From positions 15,936,001 through 16,000,000 of the forward strand of contig CM119372.1 of NCBI GenBank assembly GCA_051294905.1: a DNA stretch of 64,000 bases, read 5' to 3'. Below the pieces are notes generated by a model. That model ran no database searches and was not told the DNA's origin. It saw only the letters and a list, made by a program, of their open reading frames with translations. Shown here one piece after another: positions 39,000-52,961 of the stretch; the stretch's first letter is position 1; every line of letters begins with the position of its first letter. The translations under genes were made by a program, and so were the position numbers. The stretch is from Botryllus schlosseri. Its lineage: Eukaryota.

Positions 39000-39350
39000 T
39001 CCCGCCGACGGTATAAAGATTGGATGTAGAAGCTTTATAAAGGTCGATTCGAGAACCCTCAAATGAAAGAGAGGAGTGCTACGAGCAACTATGGAAAACT
39101 GATTGCTTATATGATATTTGGCACATTCAGGGTGTCACAAGAGATGTTTTCCGATTGCAGAATTGCAACTCGTTATCTGATCATAGTCGCGAGGACTGTG
39201 ATGTTGAGCTAGAAGTGTCATCATTCTGTGATTGCCTGATTTGACGAGGAGCATGATGATGATCTCTATATTGGAACCACTGAGATGTAAAACCCACATA
39301 CCGACTGTCACATCGGCACGTATATTGATAAATTATGTTAGACTTATTTC
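39000..39350 (-). pseudogene. Second Penelope GIY-YIG endonuclease fragment
   Basis: KSNIIYQYTCRCDSRYVGFTSQ...SAIGKHLL*HPECA...FSIVARSTPLFHLRVLESTFIKLLHP, paralogous to 28457-28850. Confidence 0.85.
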
Positions 39351-40837
39351 GGTAAATTTTGATTATATCGTTGGAGAGTGCGTATGCGCACAATAAAATC
39401 AAGAAGTACAGTGACACTAAATCATGCGAAGCGCAACTAAAATTTCAATTTCAATCACTCTACACCGAAATACTCCACTTTACTTTGATTAGCTTTACTG
39501 TGGTTCGGACAATAGGTTGACTGAACATATTTATATTGCAAAAATTCAAAATTTCAAAAACCTCTGAATCGTGTGAGTTTTTCGGAAGGTGCTTCGTGGT
39601 CCTAAAAAATTTTCACGCGGAACCTCAAACGGACCGCGTATAGTCCAGCTTGGAAGCCACTGCTACAAAGATTTTGCAATGCGAGGCAATAGATTCGATG
39701 AGCGTTTATAGAGTGGAAGCTCATACCAATTCCCTGGCTTGGGCCATCTATTATCCAACACTGTTCGTCCCGCAAATATCATCAACTGCAATTTCATCTG
39801 ACATAATGAAAAAACGACCATCAAGTGCCAGATGAGATGATGTTATTGCCGCATTTTTTCGGGTGGCGGCTGTGATGAGATGGTAATTGGTAACGCATGA
39901 GATACAATGCCATACGTCGCCATCTGGCGGTTGCATTTATTCTGAAATTGGATAGTGGCATTGATAACTAGTGCTGGCTACTATCGAATCTGAATCGAGT
40001 AATAATTTTAATGATTCGAGTCGAGTAGTGAAAGATATATTTTTAGTACTGAAGTTATATGCTCCTTGACAGTAAGAGTAAATTTATATATTACAATCAT
40101 AGCTTCGATACTATTTTCCACTCTGGATGTCTTGAACCTCGATAGGTCGTATCAGAGCATCCAAAACATGTAGTACAAAGTTACACGCGTCAGTGGAGAA
40201 GGGACATCGATAAACTCGTGATCAACTCACCGCATTGTAACCAGGGCTTTGGAGCCGGAGCCGGAGCAAGGAGCCGGAGACTAGGAGCAGTGCATTTTAA
40301 GCGGAGCCGGAGCTTTACATAAAATTCAAGTGGAGCCGGAGCCGGTCGTTTGAAAAGTAGCTCTGCCTCCGATATAATTCATAAGATGCTATGCAGCTAG
40401 TATTGACGTTGTCGTCGTTGTCGTTGGTAATCGTTTATAAAATCCAGAATTGTTGCCACGTTGGCACTACCTTTTTCAACTAATCATGTTTATACAATTA
40501 TATACATCTGCCAAATCTGGGTAGGCTAGATATGCTCGACTTACTCCGTATAATTACTGTATTGTGGGTAGACGTTATAATCGCAATTTCGTCATCAGCA
40601 CAACACCGATGGCCGGTTGTGCGGTTCGAAAAATAATTATGACTCTGCATTTCAAAATAGGGGCTGATGGTTGTGCGAGCTGAGCCATTTAATTAATTAG
40701 TAATCAGACGAATATTAAAGCGACGTCAGAGGGTAAAACGAGCCCTTGCGGTACATGTCGATTTGGTGACGCGCACCCCGCACAACATTGTCTCCTATCT
40801 GAATTAGACAAGCAAATACACGTTTGTTGGTGATAGA

Positions 40838-42831
40838 TGTTGTGTACGACCATTACATGACATATCTGGTTAGTCGTTCACCTGCGTAATGCACATGTGA
40901 CCGATGGGGAGTCGGGCTGAGGCGATGCCTATGTATACAGGTATTCTGCAAATCGCAATATCTCGAATGTTAAAGACTCGTGTATTCACTTGATTCTGAC
41001 TGCATGCTTGAGCCAGCCTTTTCCTGATGATATTGGTTCGAATCTTTCGAACGGCAAACCGTCTTGCTGTGGCCTCGTTTTTCACAAAACGAAGAGTCTT
41101 TTTCTTTGAGCAGACATGCCCGAGCAAAATTTTTGTACCGCGACATCGGTAACAGGCTTGTGCATTATTTCTCTGCTTGTTCGTACTTTCGCCATCAGAT
41201 GATTCCTTTTACGGCAATGTTTGACGTTATGCATTTACCTGCATCTGTGAGTCAGGCACTTCTTTGTGATGGTTTTAAATCTGCCTCGATTGATGCCTTG
41301 ATTTCTCTACATTCTCTAGACTTTGTTCATAACCGTACAAGTCCCGCAAAGACATCTCACGTCGCAGTGCCTTCTCTCAAACACGAAATCGCATCCACAA
41401 GAGACTCTCTGCTATACAACCTCTTCATTGTGAAACTGATAGGGTTCTGGTTTAAATCATGCTGATTTAAATCAGTGTGATTTAAATCAGGTTTTTTTCG
41501 TTTATTTTTGATTTTAATTTTACCATTTTGATTTTATTGATTAATTTGATTTTTTCAAATTTTCGGACGAGATGCGTGAATGTGGTTTATTATCGGACAA
41601 TCATGTGCATTTTATATAAACCGGAGATAGCATCTCGTCACCAGCACCTATATAGTCAGTCAATCAACCTTTTTAGTCAATCAATAGCGTTTTTCTGTGG
41701 ATACTAGTTAGTTGTCTGTGACATGTTGCTGCTATTTCCGAGGCACTGATGGGATACCGCAAATGTACCCCAATCCAGACGCTCTATCGAATTCGAAATA
41801 TTCCCTCATCTCTGATCCAGTTTGCTGGCAGAAACCACTCCTTCGATCAAGATGAAGATGCAACTATTATGGATAGTCCTGATTTGACTCAACATTTTTC
41901 CTCGCTACTAGAACAGATCAGTGATGATTCGGACGACCCATCATTAACGCATAGGTTGAACGTTTTCAGCTATCTGGATGATGATTCACAGCCTCACATT
42001 ATTAAAGTTTATGCGTAATCCTTCATCACCATGATTGACATGGTGGTCATTCATCCCATTTTCTTTTGTTCGTGTTGTTGTTATTATGCGTAAAAAAAAC
42101 AAAAAAATCAAAAAAATCATGATTTGAATTATTTAGTTGATTAAAATCGATTTTAATCAAGGGCAAAATGATTTAAACCAGAACCCTAGAAACTGACATG
42201 ATTCCGCTAATATCGTAACACACAATTGAATGGACTCACCAGCATTTTGTCTTGTCCGCCGGAATTAGTCTCTTTCGAAGATTTTATTACGCTTCGGAAA
42301 ATAATAGTTCGTAATTTGCTTCTTCGTCTTCACATAAACATCATCACCCCCAGCAAAGGCACGCAAGATCTTAACCAGGTCATACACGCCTTTACTAGCC
42401 TCATGCAGCCGTTTGGAACGTTTCTTGCCACGGTCTGTAATACCCTCTGCCTCAATCTAATTGCCAAATCTCCAATCCACCTCGGCCATTCAGCAGAGTT
42501 ATCCGTATTGAATCTAGACAAGCCCTTGTGCAACGAAGTCATCGTGCCTCGGCTTCGCTTCTTCACCAATTCCTCTTTGAAAAAAATCGTAATCCAATGA
42601 CTTGGCAAATTTAATCCTCGTCGCCGGTTGTTCTATCCATACTAACTTACTGAGGATACAGCCAAGTGAATGCACGCGTCTATTACATTCGAGATATTGC
42701 TATTTACAGAATACCGTGCATACATAAGTATCGCCTCAGTCCGCTCCCCGTCTGTCACATGTGCAGTGTGCACTGTGCACTACACAGGCGACCCACTAAC
42801 TAGATATGTCATGCAATGATTGTACACAACA
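40838..42831 (-). mobile_element. Gypsy-type LTR retrotransposon relic: LTR-PBS-gag followed by an inverted LTR copy
   Basis: LTR 42629-42831 (tgttg...aaca on minus); PBS (c)ggcgacgaggat at 42614-42626; gag FNTDNSAEWPRW..PKRNKIFER..QNAGESI..CYRC..FCEKRGHSKTVCRSK; inverted LTR copy 40838-41000. Confidence 0.8.
41440..42188. mobile_element. hAT MITE inserted in gag
   Basis: TIR tagggttctggtttaaatca/tgatttaaaccagaacccta; perfect TSD gaaactga. Confidence 0.93.
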
Positions 42832-42899
42832 ATAAATTTTATTCGTGGCGCGAAACTGAACAGTGTATTATTGTGTATGTCTTTTCTATAAACGAATGG

Positions 42900-43400
42900 A
42901 ACTCATTCCAGCGAGTGATCGTTTGAACCTTGGATGCGCGCTTCCCAGTTTGTAATCATCAATTTTGTTTACTCATTCTTGTCTCCTTCACACACTCGTA
43001 TTCTATAATCGTCGCTCAATGGCACTTGTGAGCATGTAGTTTAATTCAAATTTATGACTGACACGGTCCATTGTGCGCTTGCACAGTGCACGGAGTTGAA
43101 TTAAGTTGCTAAATATTGATGCAATGTCAGACTCTCAGTGGCTCGATTTCTGAATTTATTCGATTGCTTTGAAGGAGAGCCTTCCATATTCCAGTGAACT
43201 TGACCGCCACCGGACGGACTGGTAACGAGCGCATCAATATTGAATTTCAAGCCGTTGAGTAATTGGGTGGTAAGCAAAATTCTAATTACAAGATAGCGAC
43301 ATGCGCTCATACTGACTGCACTTGCTGTAGTTACAATTGAATAATGGCACCGTTTCAAGATTAAATTCGACTGTATGGCTTGGTATTAGCGAGTGAAGTG
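42900..43400 (-). pseudogene. Decayed copy of unknown family
   Basis: SMSACRYLVIRILL resembles TARCKYKVYRLYC (~1900) and KYNVQRITIF (~18345). Confidence 0.35.
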
Positions 43401-44225
43401 CCGATAATAAAATATTATTACTTTCTTGATATTTTTATATGATATTATACACTTCTTTCTCAGTGCTTTGAAATTACAATAACATTTACAATAAACTGCT
43501 ACAGTGTGTACAGGAAGTATATATTTTCAGTGATTTGTGCATCTCATTCATATTCAGTAATAGGCCAACACCATGTCAGTAGCCGCAAAATAAATTAATG
43601 GTGTATTTCAGTTTTTAGATTTGACAGAAATTTGGATCAAGTGATTTTGAAATATATCCGAGTAGCCTACATCATAATTTCAAGTTTTTAAATTCAATTT
43701 TCAGCTTTTCAAATTGGCGCATGATAAAAAACAAGCTTTTCCGGCTCATTCAATTGTAAATTGATAAAATTTTCGGTAGGTCTGTACATGAGCTATCTTG
43801 TAGAAGTAGATCTGATAAATCATTCAAGTTATAGTTTAGCTTTTTCGTGTACGGCACTCAAGTTTAAGGTTATTGATGATTAAAATCATTGGGGTATATA
43901 TCCCTCTCATTTCCGTCAACTTTAAAATTTTCATCACTAGTCATCATATGGAAGCTATTATAACATAGAATACTGAGAAAATGAGTTTTTATTGAATATA
44001 TAATTTCAAAGATGTGATAGCAATGTATATTGTATGCAGAAGTAGGCGATTTGGATAATGTTTAGTTCCTTTTGAAACCAGCGTTCGCAATCTTTGTGTA
44101 GATAGAGTTGCGCGAACGATATTTGAATTTAACACTGTGTATGACTTGTTTTTTGAAAATTATTATAAGCCTGGTTCTGACCCCTTATCTCATTTTATTG
44201 TCAGGTTCCAGAGCTTCTTCTATTC

Positions 44226-44579
44226 CGGGGGTGTCAAACATATGACGATTTCATCCGGCCGCGAAGCAAACGGAGCATATATGCCAACTTATATCGTCGT
44301 TAGTGCCACTGTTTTATCGTTTCTGAACTGTAAACAACCGGTTAATCAACGTATTTTTGCCAATTCCATTGTCCGTGAATAAAGGTGTTGCGACTTGCTA
44401 GAAGAAAACCCCTATGAGCCGTGTATGATTGTTATCTACATATGCCTCAGACTAAAGCATGCAGTGACAAGCAAGGGCCCAAGGTAACATTTTGGAATCA
44501 GTTGACTGCATGGTCCGGTCCGCGGGCGATTTGAAGGCTTGAATCCGGCCCGCGACGCAATTTGAGTTTGACACCCCTA
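44226..44579. mobile_element. Short hAT MITE (cargo-free relative of 22815-24362)
   Basis: TIR cgggggtgtcaaac/gtttgacaccccta; TSD ttctattc. Confidence 0.88.
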
Positions 44580-45613
44580 TTCTATTCTATCTTAAGACGT
44601 TTGGACATTGTGCTCTGGCTAAGCTGTTTTATGACCGGTACCATTGCAAGCATCCAATGTAAAAGTTATCGTAAACATGAAGCTATGTCTTGGTTAGGTA
44701 ACTTCTGGGACAAGAGATGATTTGTAATATACCGGTATTCATTCTTTTCTGTAGGTACTTTTGTTGTGTTAGCTGTTAGGAATAAATCATTTTTCTTTCG
44801 CTGCCGCCGTAGAAATATAGTTCACGAGTTAATCCGTGTTGAGTGATCCGGTAATAATTCTTGATGCGACCATAAATCCCTCTTGGTTTAGTTATCTTGT
44901 CAAAGAAGGGAGTTATTATTGTTTGTCGTGTTGTTGTTTGAGTATTCATGAATCATGATGTCTCGACTGCTTTGGTAAGTTTAGACCAGTTCAATATCAT
45001 TTTGCACCCGTATGATAGTTTCCATTTAGTTGTTCTTTTTTACTTTTAGTGTCATATTTGCTATCATCATTTTGATTTTTACTTTTTTGAAGTATTAAAT
45101 GCGTCAATTCAATTGTCCGGTCATAGCAGTTTCTTCATTTATTGGAAGTTTCAATTCCATGTACGTGTTCTAGCAACTTCATTGTTTGGTCACCTTAGTG
45201 ATCAATTAGCTGTTGGTCATCATTCAGGGTTGTAACCCGAGTCACAAGGTTCCGAGTCACAAGTCAATCATTTTATATTTTCACCTGAGCCAAGTCGAGT
45301 CACCAAAATATCACTACTCGAGTCATTGCAATGCTGTCATTGTTTCCTTCAAAAAGTATAAACAACCGTATCGCCAAATATGATGTGACCAGCATGAAAT
45401 AATTAGTGATTGAGAAATTGCTTAGGCCAGGGGTGGCCAAACCTTTTGGTATTCACGGCCACATTTCGAATGCTCATGTAGCCTACGGCCGCATTCCAAA
45501 GCATAGTCGTGATGAACTAGCTGGGCGCTAAATACCCATGTCAAACTGTCCAGGTTCATTTCCGGTGAACCCCAGACTAATCTACATATGTTCTTATCGG
45601 CTTACTATATACT

Positions 45614-47066
45614 AGAGGCGGTCAAAGTAGTCAAGAAAGTTACCCAAGTAGAAGTAGAAGTAACGACGCAAGAAATCTGATCAAGTACGAGTAGAAGCAG
45701 TCCTTTTGAAAGCAGCCTAAAACTACCTGAAGTAGAAGAAGAATTGACTGACTTTAAATCTACTCAAGTAAGTAAGTAGTTGTGAAAACGATCGTTATTC
45801 GTTCGCATATAGACTGTCAAAAGCTTCAAATTGAGCTATGCGAAAGGTGGAGAGCTTGATTCATATTTCGGATCCCAGAAGGTATCAATTTTCGACAGCA
45901 TAAGTATTCGTCTGAATCATGGGATGAAAATAATAGCATTGATATGGGAATGCGATACTGATCCTCTGTCTACTCGAACACCCTGATTTAGAAAATATCA
46001 TGATATGACACCCTCTACCGTACCATAAGGCCCGATGTTTGGTCGAGGAGGAATACGGAGAAGTGGTGTCGGATACGGTGTTAACACTTTGCACGGTTAG
46101 TAAACGTTGTTTGTTTGTTTGTTTTGGGGTATTCATGGTGTTTGTCGACTGCTATGGTCATTTACACCAGGCCGATATTCTTCATATTTTCCGTAACTGC
46201 CGACTTATAGCACGGCCCACCTCTAGGCTTTTGTAAGACACCGCTGACGCGGATGAGGTGGCGAGGAGGAACCTAGGTAAACCTCCAACACTTAGGTATC
46301 GGAACTCGGAAGTCGACCTCGGTCGGACTCGAACCCGCACCCATTGGTGTTGCAGCCACGGATTATACCACCGCGCTATCTCGCCACGTTAGTGAACGTT
46401 AATAAAAAATATGGCTGATCGTAATAATGCTAAATAGTGTAGCTTTATTTTCAGAACCATTACATACTACACTTGCTTTTATACTTCAACATGTAAGTGC
46501 TTCGGATAAACGAACTGAAACTAATTAGAACTCAAAGTATGATACTTGGAATTGAAAGAAAAGCATTATTACTACTTTTAAAAAGCGATAAATATATTTC
46601 GTATCTTTTGTCCAGAAATTTTCAACGGTGGTCTTCTAAAACAGCTGTAAATCTAAGAAAAAGTCAGAGTCCATTTTTCAAGATTAGGACACTCCATGGG
46701 CTGCTAGATTATGATATGATAGGTAAATGCTAGATTATGAAATGGTAGTTTCAAACGCTGTGATGGGCAATGTTCCCTCTAATTTTTGACGAGTCTGCGC
46801 GCACTCACCAACGCAAGAAAGGTCACCACTTTGAAATTTTTTGTGCACAGAGACCACTGCGCAATTGCGCAGCTTGGAGGGAACATTGAAGATAGGCCAT
46901 ATTTACTGTGCGCGAAGTGCGAAGAAAATTCTGAGTCTACTTTGATGAAAATTAAATGTTGATACTCCGTGAAAACTGGCCCGAAATTACTCAGGCCATC
47001 TGTCTGGATGGAGGATTAAACTACTTCTACTGGACAAACTGAAAATAGCGAAAAGTAAGTAAGTAA
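45614..47066 (-). mobile_element. Second copy of tacttctac-family hAT element (one end lost)
   Basis: Begins tagaggcggtcaaagtagtc; inverted colinear with 25795-27170 + 30140-30178; hosts a SINE and MITE 46768-46888. Confidence 0.82.
46109..46387 (-). mobile_element. Full-length SINE A, young copy
   Basis: 13-bp TSD gttagtaaacgtt/gttagtgaacgtt; (CAAA)n tail. Confidence 0.95.
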
Positions 47067-47846
47067 CAAACGATTGGAGTTTAAATATAAACATGATATC
47101 CGTGAAAGTCTTCTACTATGAAAAATTTATTACCCTAAGCATACGTTTGTTGCTGTATTTTGATTGGAAATAGTCTTTACTGTGTAAAAATAACGAGTAC
47201 ATTAAATTTTTGAACTTTATAATACGACTGATCCGTGTTTTTTATCCAGCCCGTACAGTTAAAATATGAGATTTTAGCCCGATGAGTTATTTAAAAAACA
47301 AGAGCCAATTTGAAAAGACTGATGAATCAGTGCCCTTCAATCCCCAAACGACTCCTACTTTGTCAGCCTAAAAATATGTGAAGACAAGTGTAATAAATAC
47401 ATCATTAACATTTTGGCTAATCGAAATTCATTAATGACAAAAACTCATATCCTAGTGAAACCTATTTCCCATATTTGTTGTAATATACATGTAGGCGTAT
47501 GTGTCATGTATATGTATGATGGTGAGAATGGAGGATTATGCGAATCCCTGAAAGGTCTGGTTCGTACGAAAACGAACTATTATGAAAGGCCCACCAAAAT
47601 GGCCAAAAACATTCAACCGACCGTTGCATACATTTTTTGGTTCGAGCTGCATGCACCGATATCGTCACAATCCACCGAGGCCTCCGGTGTGGATTCTAAT
47701 TCAAACACCGAATTCCGATGTACGATATAAGTCTTGCGTTCGCTGCTACTCACTCCGACTCGTGAATCACATATTACCGGACTCAGTTCGCTACGAAAAG
47801 TCTGTTTGTGTACCTCTGAATTTTGTTCCGAATTGTATTTATAAAG

Positions 47847-50028
47847 CAGGGACTGGCAACATAAGGCCCGCAGAGAGTTTCCGGTGTTACATGACAATGC
47901 GGCCCGCGGCCGGAAAAGGTGGGCATGAATCTATATGTTCTGTTCGGATCTACCTAAATACATTTGCGAGCAAACATTTTCCACCATGAAAATGAACAGA
48001 CAAAGCAGAGTTCCAATCTAACTGATGCTCACGTGCAGTCTTTACCAAGAGTTTCCACGTCCGACATGCAACCGGAGCTCAAAGAACTTGTCGAAAACTT
48101 GGATCGACCACAGATGTCATTGACTTTAACAGCTATTGAAGTATTTTTCGTTAATAAATTCATTAAATACTGATTTTGGCCTCTATGCTTTCAACTTAAA
48201 ATAATAAATAAAGTAATAAAGTAATAAAGTGATAAAGTAGCATTTTATCAAAACTGGCCTTATAAAAAAAACTGTTTTTTTTTCAACTTGTAAAATCATG
48301 CCATAATTGTGTAAATACTTCCCAAAAAACATGTTGTATGAGCCTACAGACAATTATCACCCGACAGAGCCGACGTATACGATATTGGATGGTTGGAACT
48401 TGGAATCCTCAAAATAGTCGGTTCAACAGCTATAGTACGTAGATATTTCATTAAGGGAGCTGCATTTACCATATATTTTCAATTGTCAATGGCAATCCCC
48501 TATGACAGGGGTTCTCAACTTTCCTTGCGTAACGGGCCGCATTTTAACAACAAAAAGCGCTGCGGGCCGCAGAGCATTATTACCGTATATTTGTGGACTA
48601 TGCTATTATATTTAGGCTAATATAGCCTATTTACTAGCCATGTATGGGCATTTAGTTTATATGCATCCTACAGCATAATGGGCAGCGTTCGTAAGCTTTC
48701 AGTTGCTGTTTCTAGTGAGATTGTGTCATCTTCCGACAGAACAAGTAAATCCCTTCATGAAGCGTGCATTGCATTCGTTCCCAAGTCGGTATGTGCCGCA
48801 CCTTCAAACCCTTGCACCAGAGAACTGAACTCTCTGTTTCAATGCGTGAGCGAGCAAGTATAAAACTACGGTAACTTTTTATTTACAGAGGCCATTGTCA
48901 CTTTGGGTTCTCAGTGATATGAGAAGAAGTCTCATGTCCGGGGTAATTTCTGAGCAAACCAATCAACCATTCTCATTTCCTTCCATGGCTGATGCCCGGC
49001 ACCAATAGTTACAGAAGTCAGCTTTGTTAATTTGATGTTGTTTGCTAGTCCCCTCTCGGCACGTTTGCCCATTCAGCATTACGTCTACAAATATATCCAC
49101 TCTGATAGAATACCCCAATACAATTAGCGTTGCAATGTCCGTAGATTTTGTCCAATGCTAGGTTAAAGTAGTCTACGGGGCAACGTGTTTCAAAACACGC
49201 GACAAAAGATTAACGGACATTGCTGTTACTCTTCTTGGCACGGTTGAATCAGACAACCGCAGCTTCGAAATTTGTTAGGTGAAGTTGTCCTTGCTGCTAA
49301 ATTCCGGAAACAGCGGAGATTCGCACAGTATAGTAACGTTTTGTTGGAGAAACACCTTTTCTAAGATTTCATGGGTTTAGCGATATACCAAGCAATTCTT
49401 AACCATGCGTTTTTAACGTCACCGGCAATTTCAACAATGCCACAAAATATGGATTGCTTAGCCTAAGACCTAGCTAGCAACGCTTTTTTCTAAGATCAGG
49501 TGATATGTGTAACTCGAGGTGGAACTGTCCTAAGACCTATTCAGAACAATAAGAATCTAAACTCGATCATATATCAAGAAACCAGAAAACATTGAAGAAT
49601 GAGAATAAATCAAACGAAACAGAGACGGAGCGATAAGAGAGCTTTAGTAGCTAAATTGATACCGTATGCAACAATACTGTGCCGATAGTAATTGCGATCA
49701 TATTGAAAGATCTCGCGGGCCACAGAAAAAGCGTCTGCGGGCCGCATGCGGCCCGCGGGCCGCGGGTTGAGAACCCCTGCGCCTATGACGTCGCAATTGA
49801 ATATTCGTGACGTCATAGCTTGAAAAACATGTTTTAAACAAGAACCTTGTTTTAAACAAGTTTGTATTAAATTGGTTTTTTTAAAATGCAATGCTAATTG
49901 TATAGGTATAGGTAAAACTTGCATGAGTGGATAAATACACGATTACTTTACCGATTTAGGAATCCGGTCCGCCAAGTACTTCATTTTCCTATATCTGGCC
50001 CGCCGACTGGAGAAGTTGCTCGCCCCTG
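47847..50028 (+). mobile_element. hAT element related to 10224-11381 with transposase C-terminal relic
   Basis: TIR cagggactggcaac/gttgctcgcccctg; TSD ttataaag/ctataaag; FGST/YICEQTFSTMKMN..SNLTDAHV at ~47940-48040. Confidence 0.85.
48506..49779 (-). mobile_element. Nested Charlie/SPIN-like hAT with decayed catalytic-core remnants
   Basis: TIR caggggttctcaac/gttgagaacccctg; near-TSD ccctatga/gcctatga (1-nt offset); minus-strand FNLALDK/STDI and KLTSVT relics. Confidence 0.8.
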
Positions 50029-50050
50029 CTATAAAGACTAGTGATCAAAT

Positions 50051-51866
50051 CAAGGGCGTAGCCAGAAAAAATATTTGGGGGGGGGCGAAAAATTCGATGA
50101 CGTAAATGAACCCCTCCCCTAAAGGTAAGGAGAAAATACGTAAAAGACGATGGTCTTAGGGCCCTTATTGGATGATTTACACAACAGCTGGGGCAATCGT
50201 TACACATATATTCCACTCACAGACATAAAATGATGTAAGAATATAATGATTGTGGAAAACGCAGGCGACAACACTTTCGCGCGAAGCGCGAAAATTTTTC
50301 ATGGTTAATGAATGAAATTGGTTCATTATATTGTTACTTGCATATTGCAAATACGTTTTCATTTTCAGATTTACCGGTATGGCTAATAGAAGTGGTGTCA
50401 TCGAACATTCAGGGGACACTTAATTATACACATCTTGAACTATGTTCATACCACACGGCAAGACTATTTATGAGTTTCTTTTTTCGACACGCCCCTCTTT
50501 ATGACAGTGGAAAATTTCGCGTCCCCCTTATCGTCATATCACAAAATGCAACAAGAATGCGAGCAATCCCAACGGATTGTTTGATGGCATGGAAGGTTAT
50601 ATGACTGTTGATGAGAGAATTCACAAATTTGAAATTCGGACTATACACATAGCAATAACCACGAATCGGAGATAAATCGCGCTGAGCGCGAAATTTTTAT
50701 TCAGTTGACCGAAGCTTCGTGCCCCCCTTCATTCATTTTATTTTCATTTATTGCTGTTACTTCATGACTTAAAGATGAAGCAGTCATCACTCAAAAGATC
50801 GCTCACATGCAAGGTTGTAGCCAGAAAAAAACATTTTTTTGGAGGGGGCAGTTTAGCGAAGCTCCCCTGTGGGAACACCTCGCAGAACTGTATATCCTTC
50901 CATGGGCAATTTCATCACTACCCTATATACATACGATTCTTAGACGCACACACACACACACATACCCTATGGAAGCTCCCTGTTGCCAACTATAGCTTAT
51001 TGGGCGATCGTTTCATGGACGAGCCCAAATCGCTGACATTAGGTGACGAACAATCAGTGTGAATTTCGGGCCTAGTCGCGCGGAGCGGAAATTTTTTTGA
51101 ATAAATGGAAGAATTTGATCAATAATATTGGAGCGTTTATATGAGCAAGTGGCGTCCATTGTTATTACTTTACTTCGTCGAAGAACGGTTATTTAGTAAC
51201 CTCTGGTAAAGATTGGCGCTACTTTCAAGATTGGAATCGCTGATACATACCAGACCAAATAAAAAAACTCTTTTGATCAGACTCGTGCGATTTCAAATTA
51301 ACACTTTTTAACGGGGTGGTGATATTTTCCTGTGCCAGTCGCATTAATGTCTCGAGGTCTAATTGCAGGGACAGGATGATTAGGCGCCAGCCATTTAAGC
51401 ACCCGAAAATATATATCTTGGGCTTCTGAATACATGCGTCGGTTTTATGACCGTCACTTTGCGGAAGCGCGTGTGGCCTATTTTATATGTCTTCGTGTGT
51501 CCCGGAACGGAAATTGTCGGAACTAACATTCCCCAACTCCCATACTGAACTGACAACCCTGGACTCAATCAACCCAACGACCTCTGGCTACTCTAGTGTA
51601 TCTGCTTGTACTGTTGTATTCACATAATTGAAGATGCAGCTAAATCTAATTATATGTATTTGGTATTTGCGGAAGAAATTTCTTTCGGGATAACGATAAC
51701 GAAATCAAGACATGTACGGACACTAAATCGCGCGAAGCGCGAAGAAAATTTTTAGGTTGCATTCATCTGCCCAAAATACTCTAATATGTTTATTGATTTC
51801 ACGAAAATTTTCCAAAAATTTGGGGGGGGCGATCGCCCCTTTCGCCCCTCTCTGGCTACGCCAGTG
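50051..51866. mobile_element. hAT-type element (CAGTGGCGTAGCC family)
   Basis: TIR caagggcgtagccag/ctggctacgccagtg; perfect TSD gatcaaat; internal cgcgcgaagcgcg motifs. Confidence 0.88.
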
Positions 51867-52881
51867 GATCAAATTCACAGCAGAAGGGTGGGTAGACTGG
51901 TAAATTGATGTTACGGCCCTGCTTTAAACAAAATATAAATAGTTTTATCCTCATCCCCTCCTTTTACTGGCTACGCCAATTTGCTTTACTTACCTATCAC
52001 ACTCGTCGTCGTGGATAAAGGACAACCCAAGATTCCGAGTAACCTGACCGCACCATTGTGGATGCACGGCCATATTGCCAACTGATTCCTAGAAGGCAAG
52101 CTGGCACCTAAGAAAAAAAAAACGTCATCGACAGCTTGCCCGCAAAATCATTTGTAAACCACTTGTAGCCTTTGAACCGAAAAGATTTGACGCCCTTGTT
52201 CTATATGAATACAACGGTGAACATGAACTTGTGACGTCACGTGGCAAATTTCAAACACTCCAAATTCATAGAATAGTTGAGAGATTTAGTTGTTATCTAA
52301 AATTGCATCATCAGCGAAGCTGTGCAATATGACGGGGTCACAGCATCTTGTAGCTGAACAAAGGGAGGAAATGATGATTTTTAACTCATCGCCATCTCAT
52401 TAAGTTCAACATATCGTTATCGCTCAATAAAAGCGAGAGGTCGTTAGCAACGACATCTTACTTTTTGCTCAGTACTCTGGTAGGTTTTATCTACTTGTTT
52501 CGCTTACTCATGTAGTTTTGTTTGTAAACTACTTATACTTCAACAGTTTGTTGATGATAAAATATAGTTATATTTGATAAAACATTTCCATCCAACCAGG
52601 GTTGGAGCAGGAGCTGGAGTCAGTTGTTTGAAGCAAATCTCTTGCTCCGATGTTCCATAAGGCACTTTAATACGACTTTTGGAATAATTCACATAATTTT
52701 ACAGCAACCCCTCACAAAATTAGGAATTGCTGCCTCTTTCACAGTACATTTTCTGATCAACCACGTGGCTTGGGATTTGAGTGCAGAGCAGTCACACGTC
52801 TTTAGTTTCAATCCATACTGACTACTGACTGACCCATCCGGTAGCTTTCACTCTGGTATTTGAACTGACTTGATGGGGCTG

Positions 52882-52889
52882 GAGAGAGG

Positions 52890-52958
<69 letters not shown>
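52882..52958 (+). repeat. Compound (GA)n(CA)n microsatellite
   Basis: Directly visible. Confidence 0.95.

Positions 52959-52961
<3 letters not shown>

Noticed and set aside
42226..42600. 124-aa plus-strand ORF
   Set aside because: Antisense to the decayed Gypsy gag
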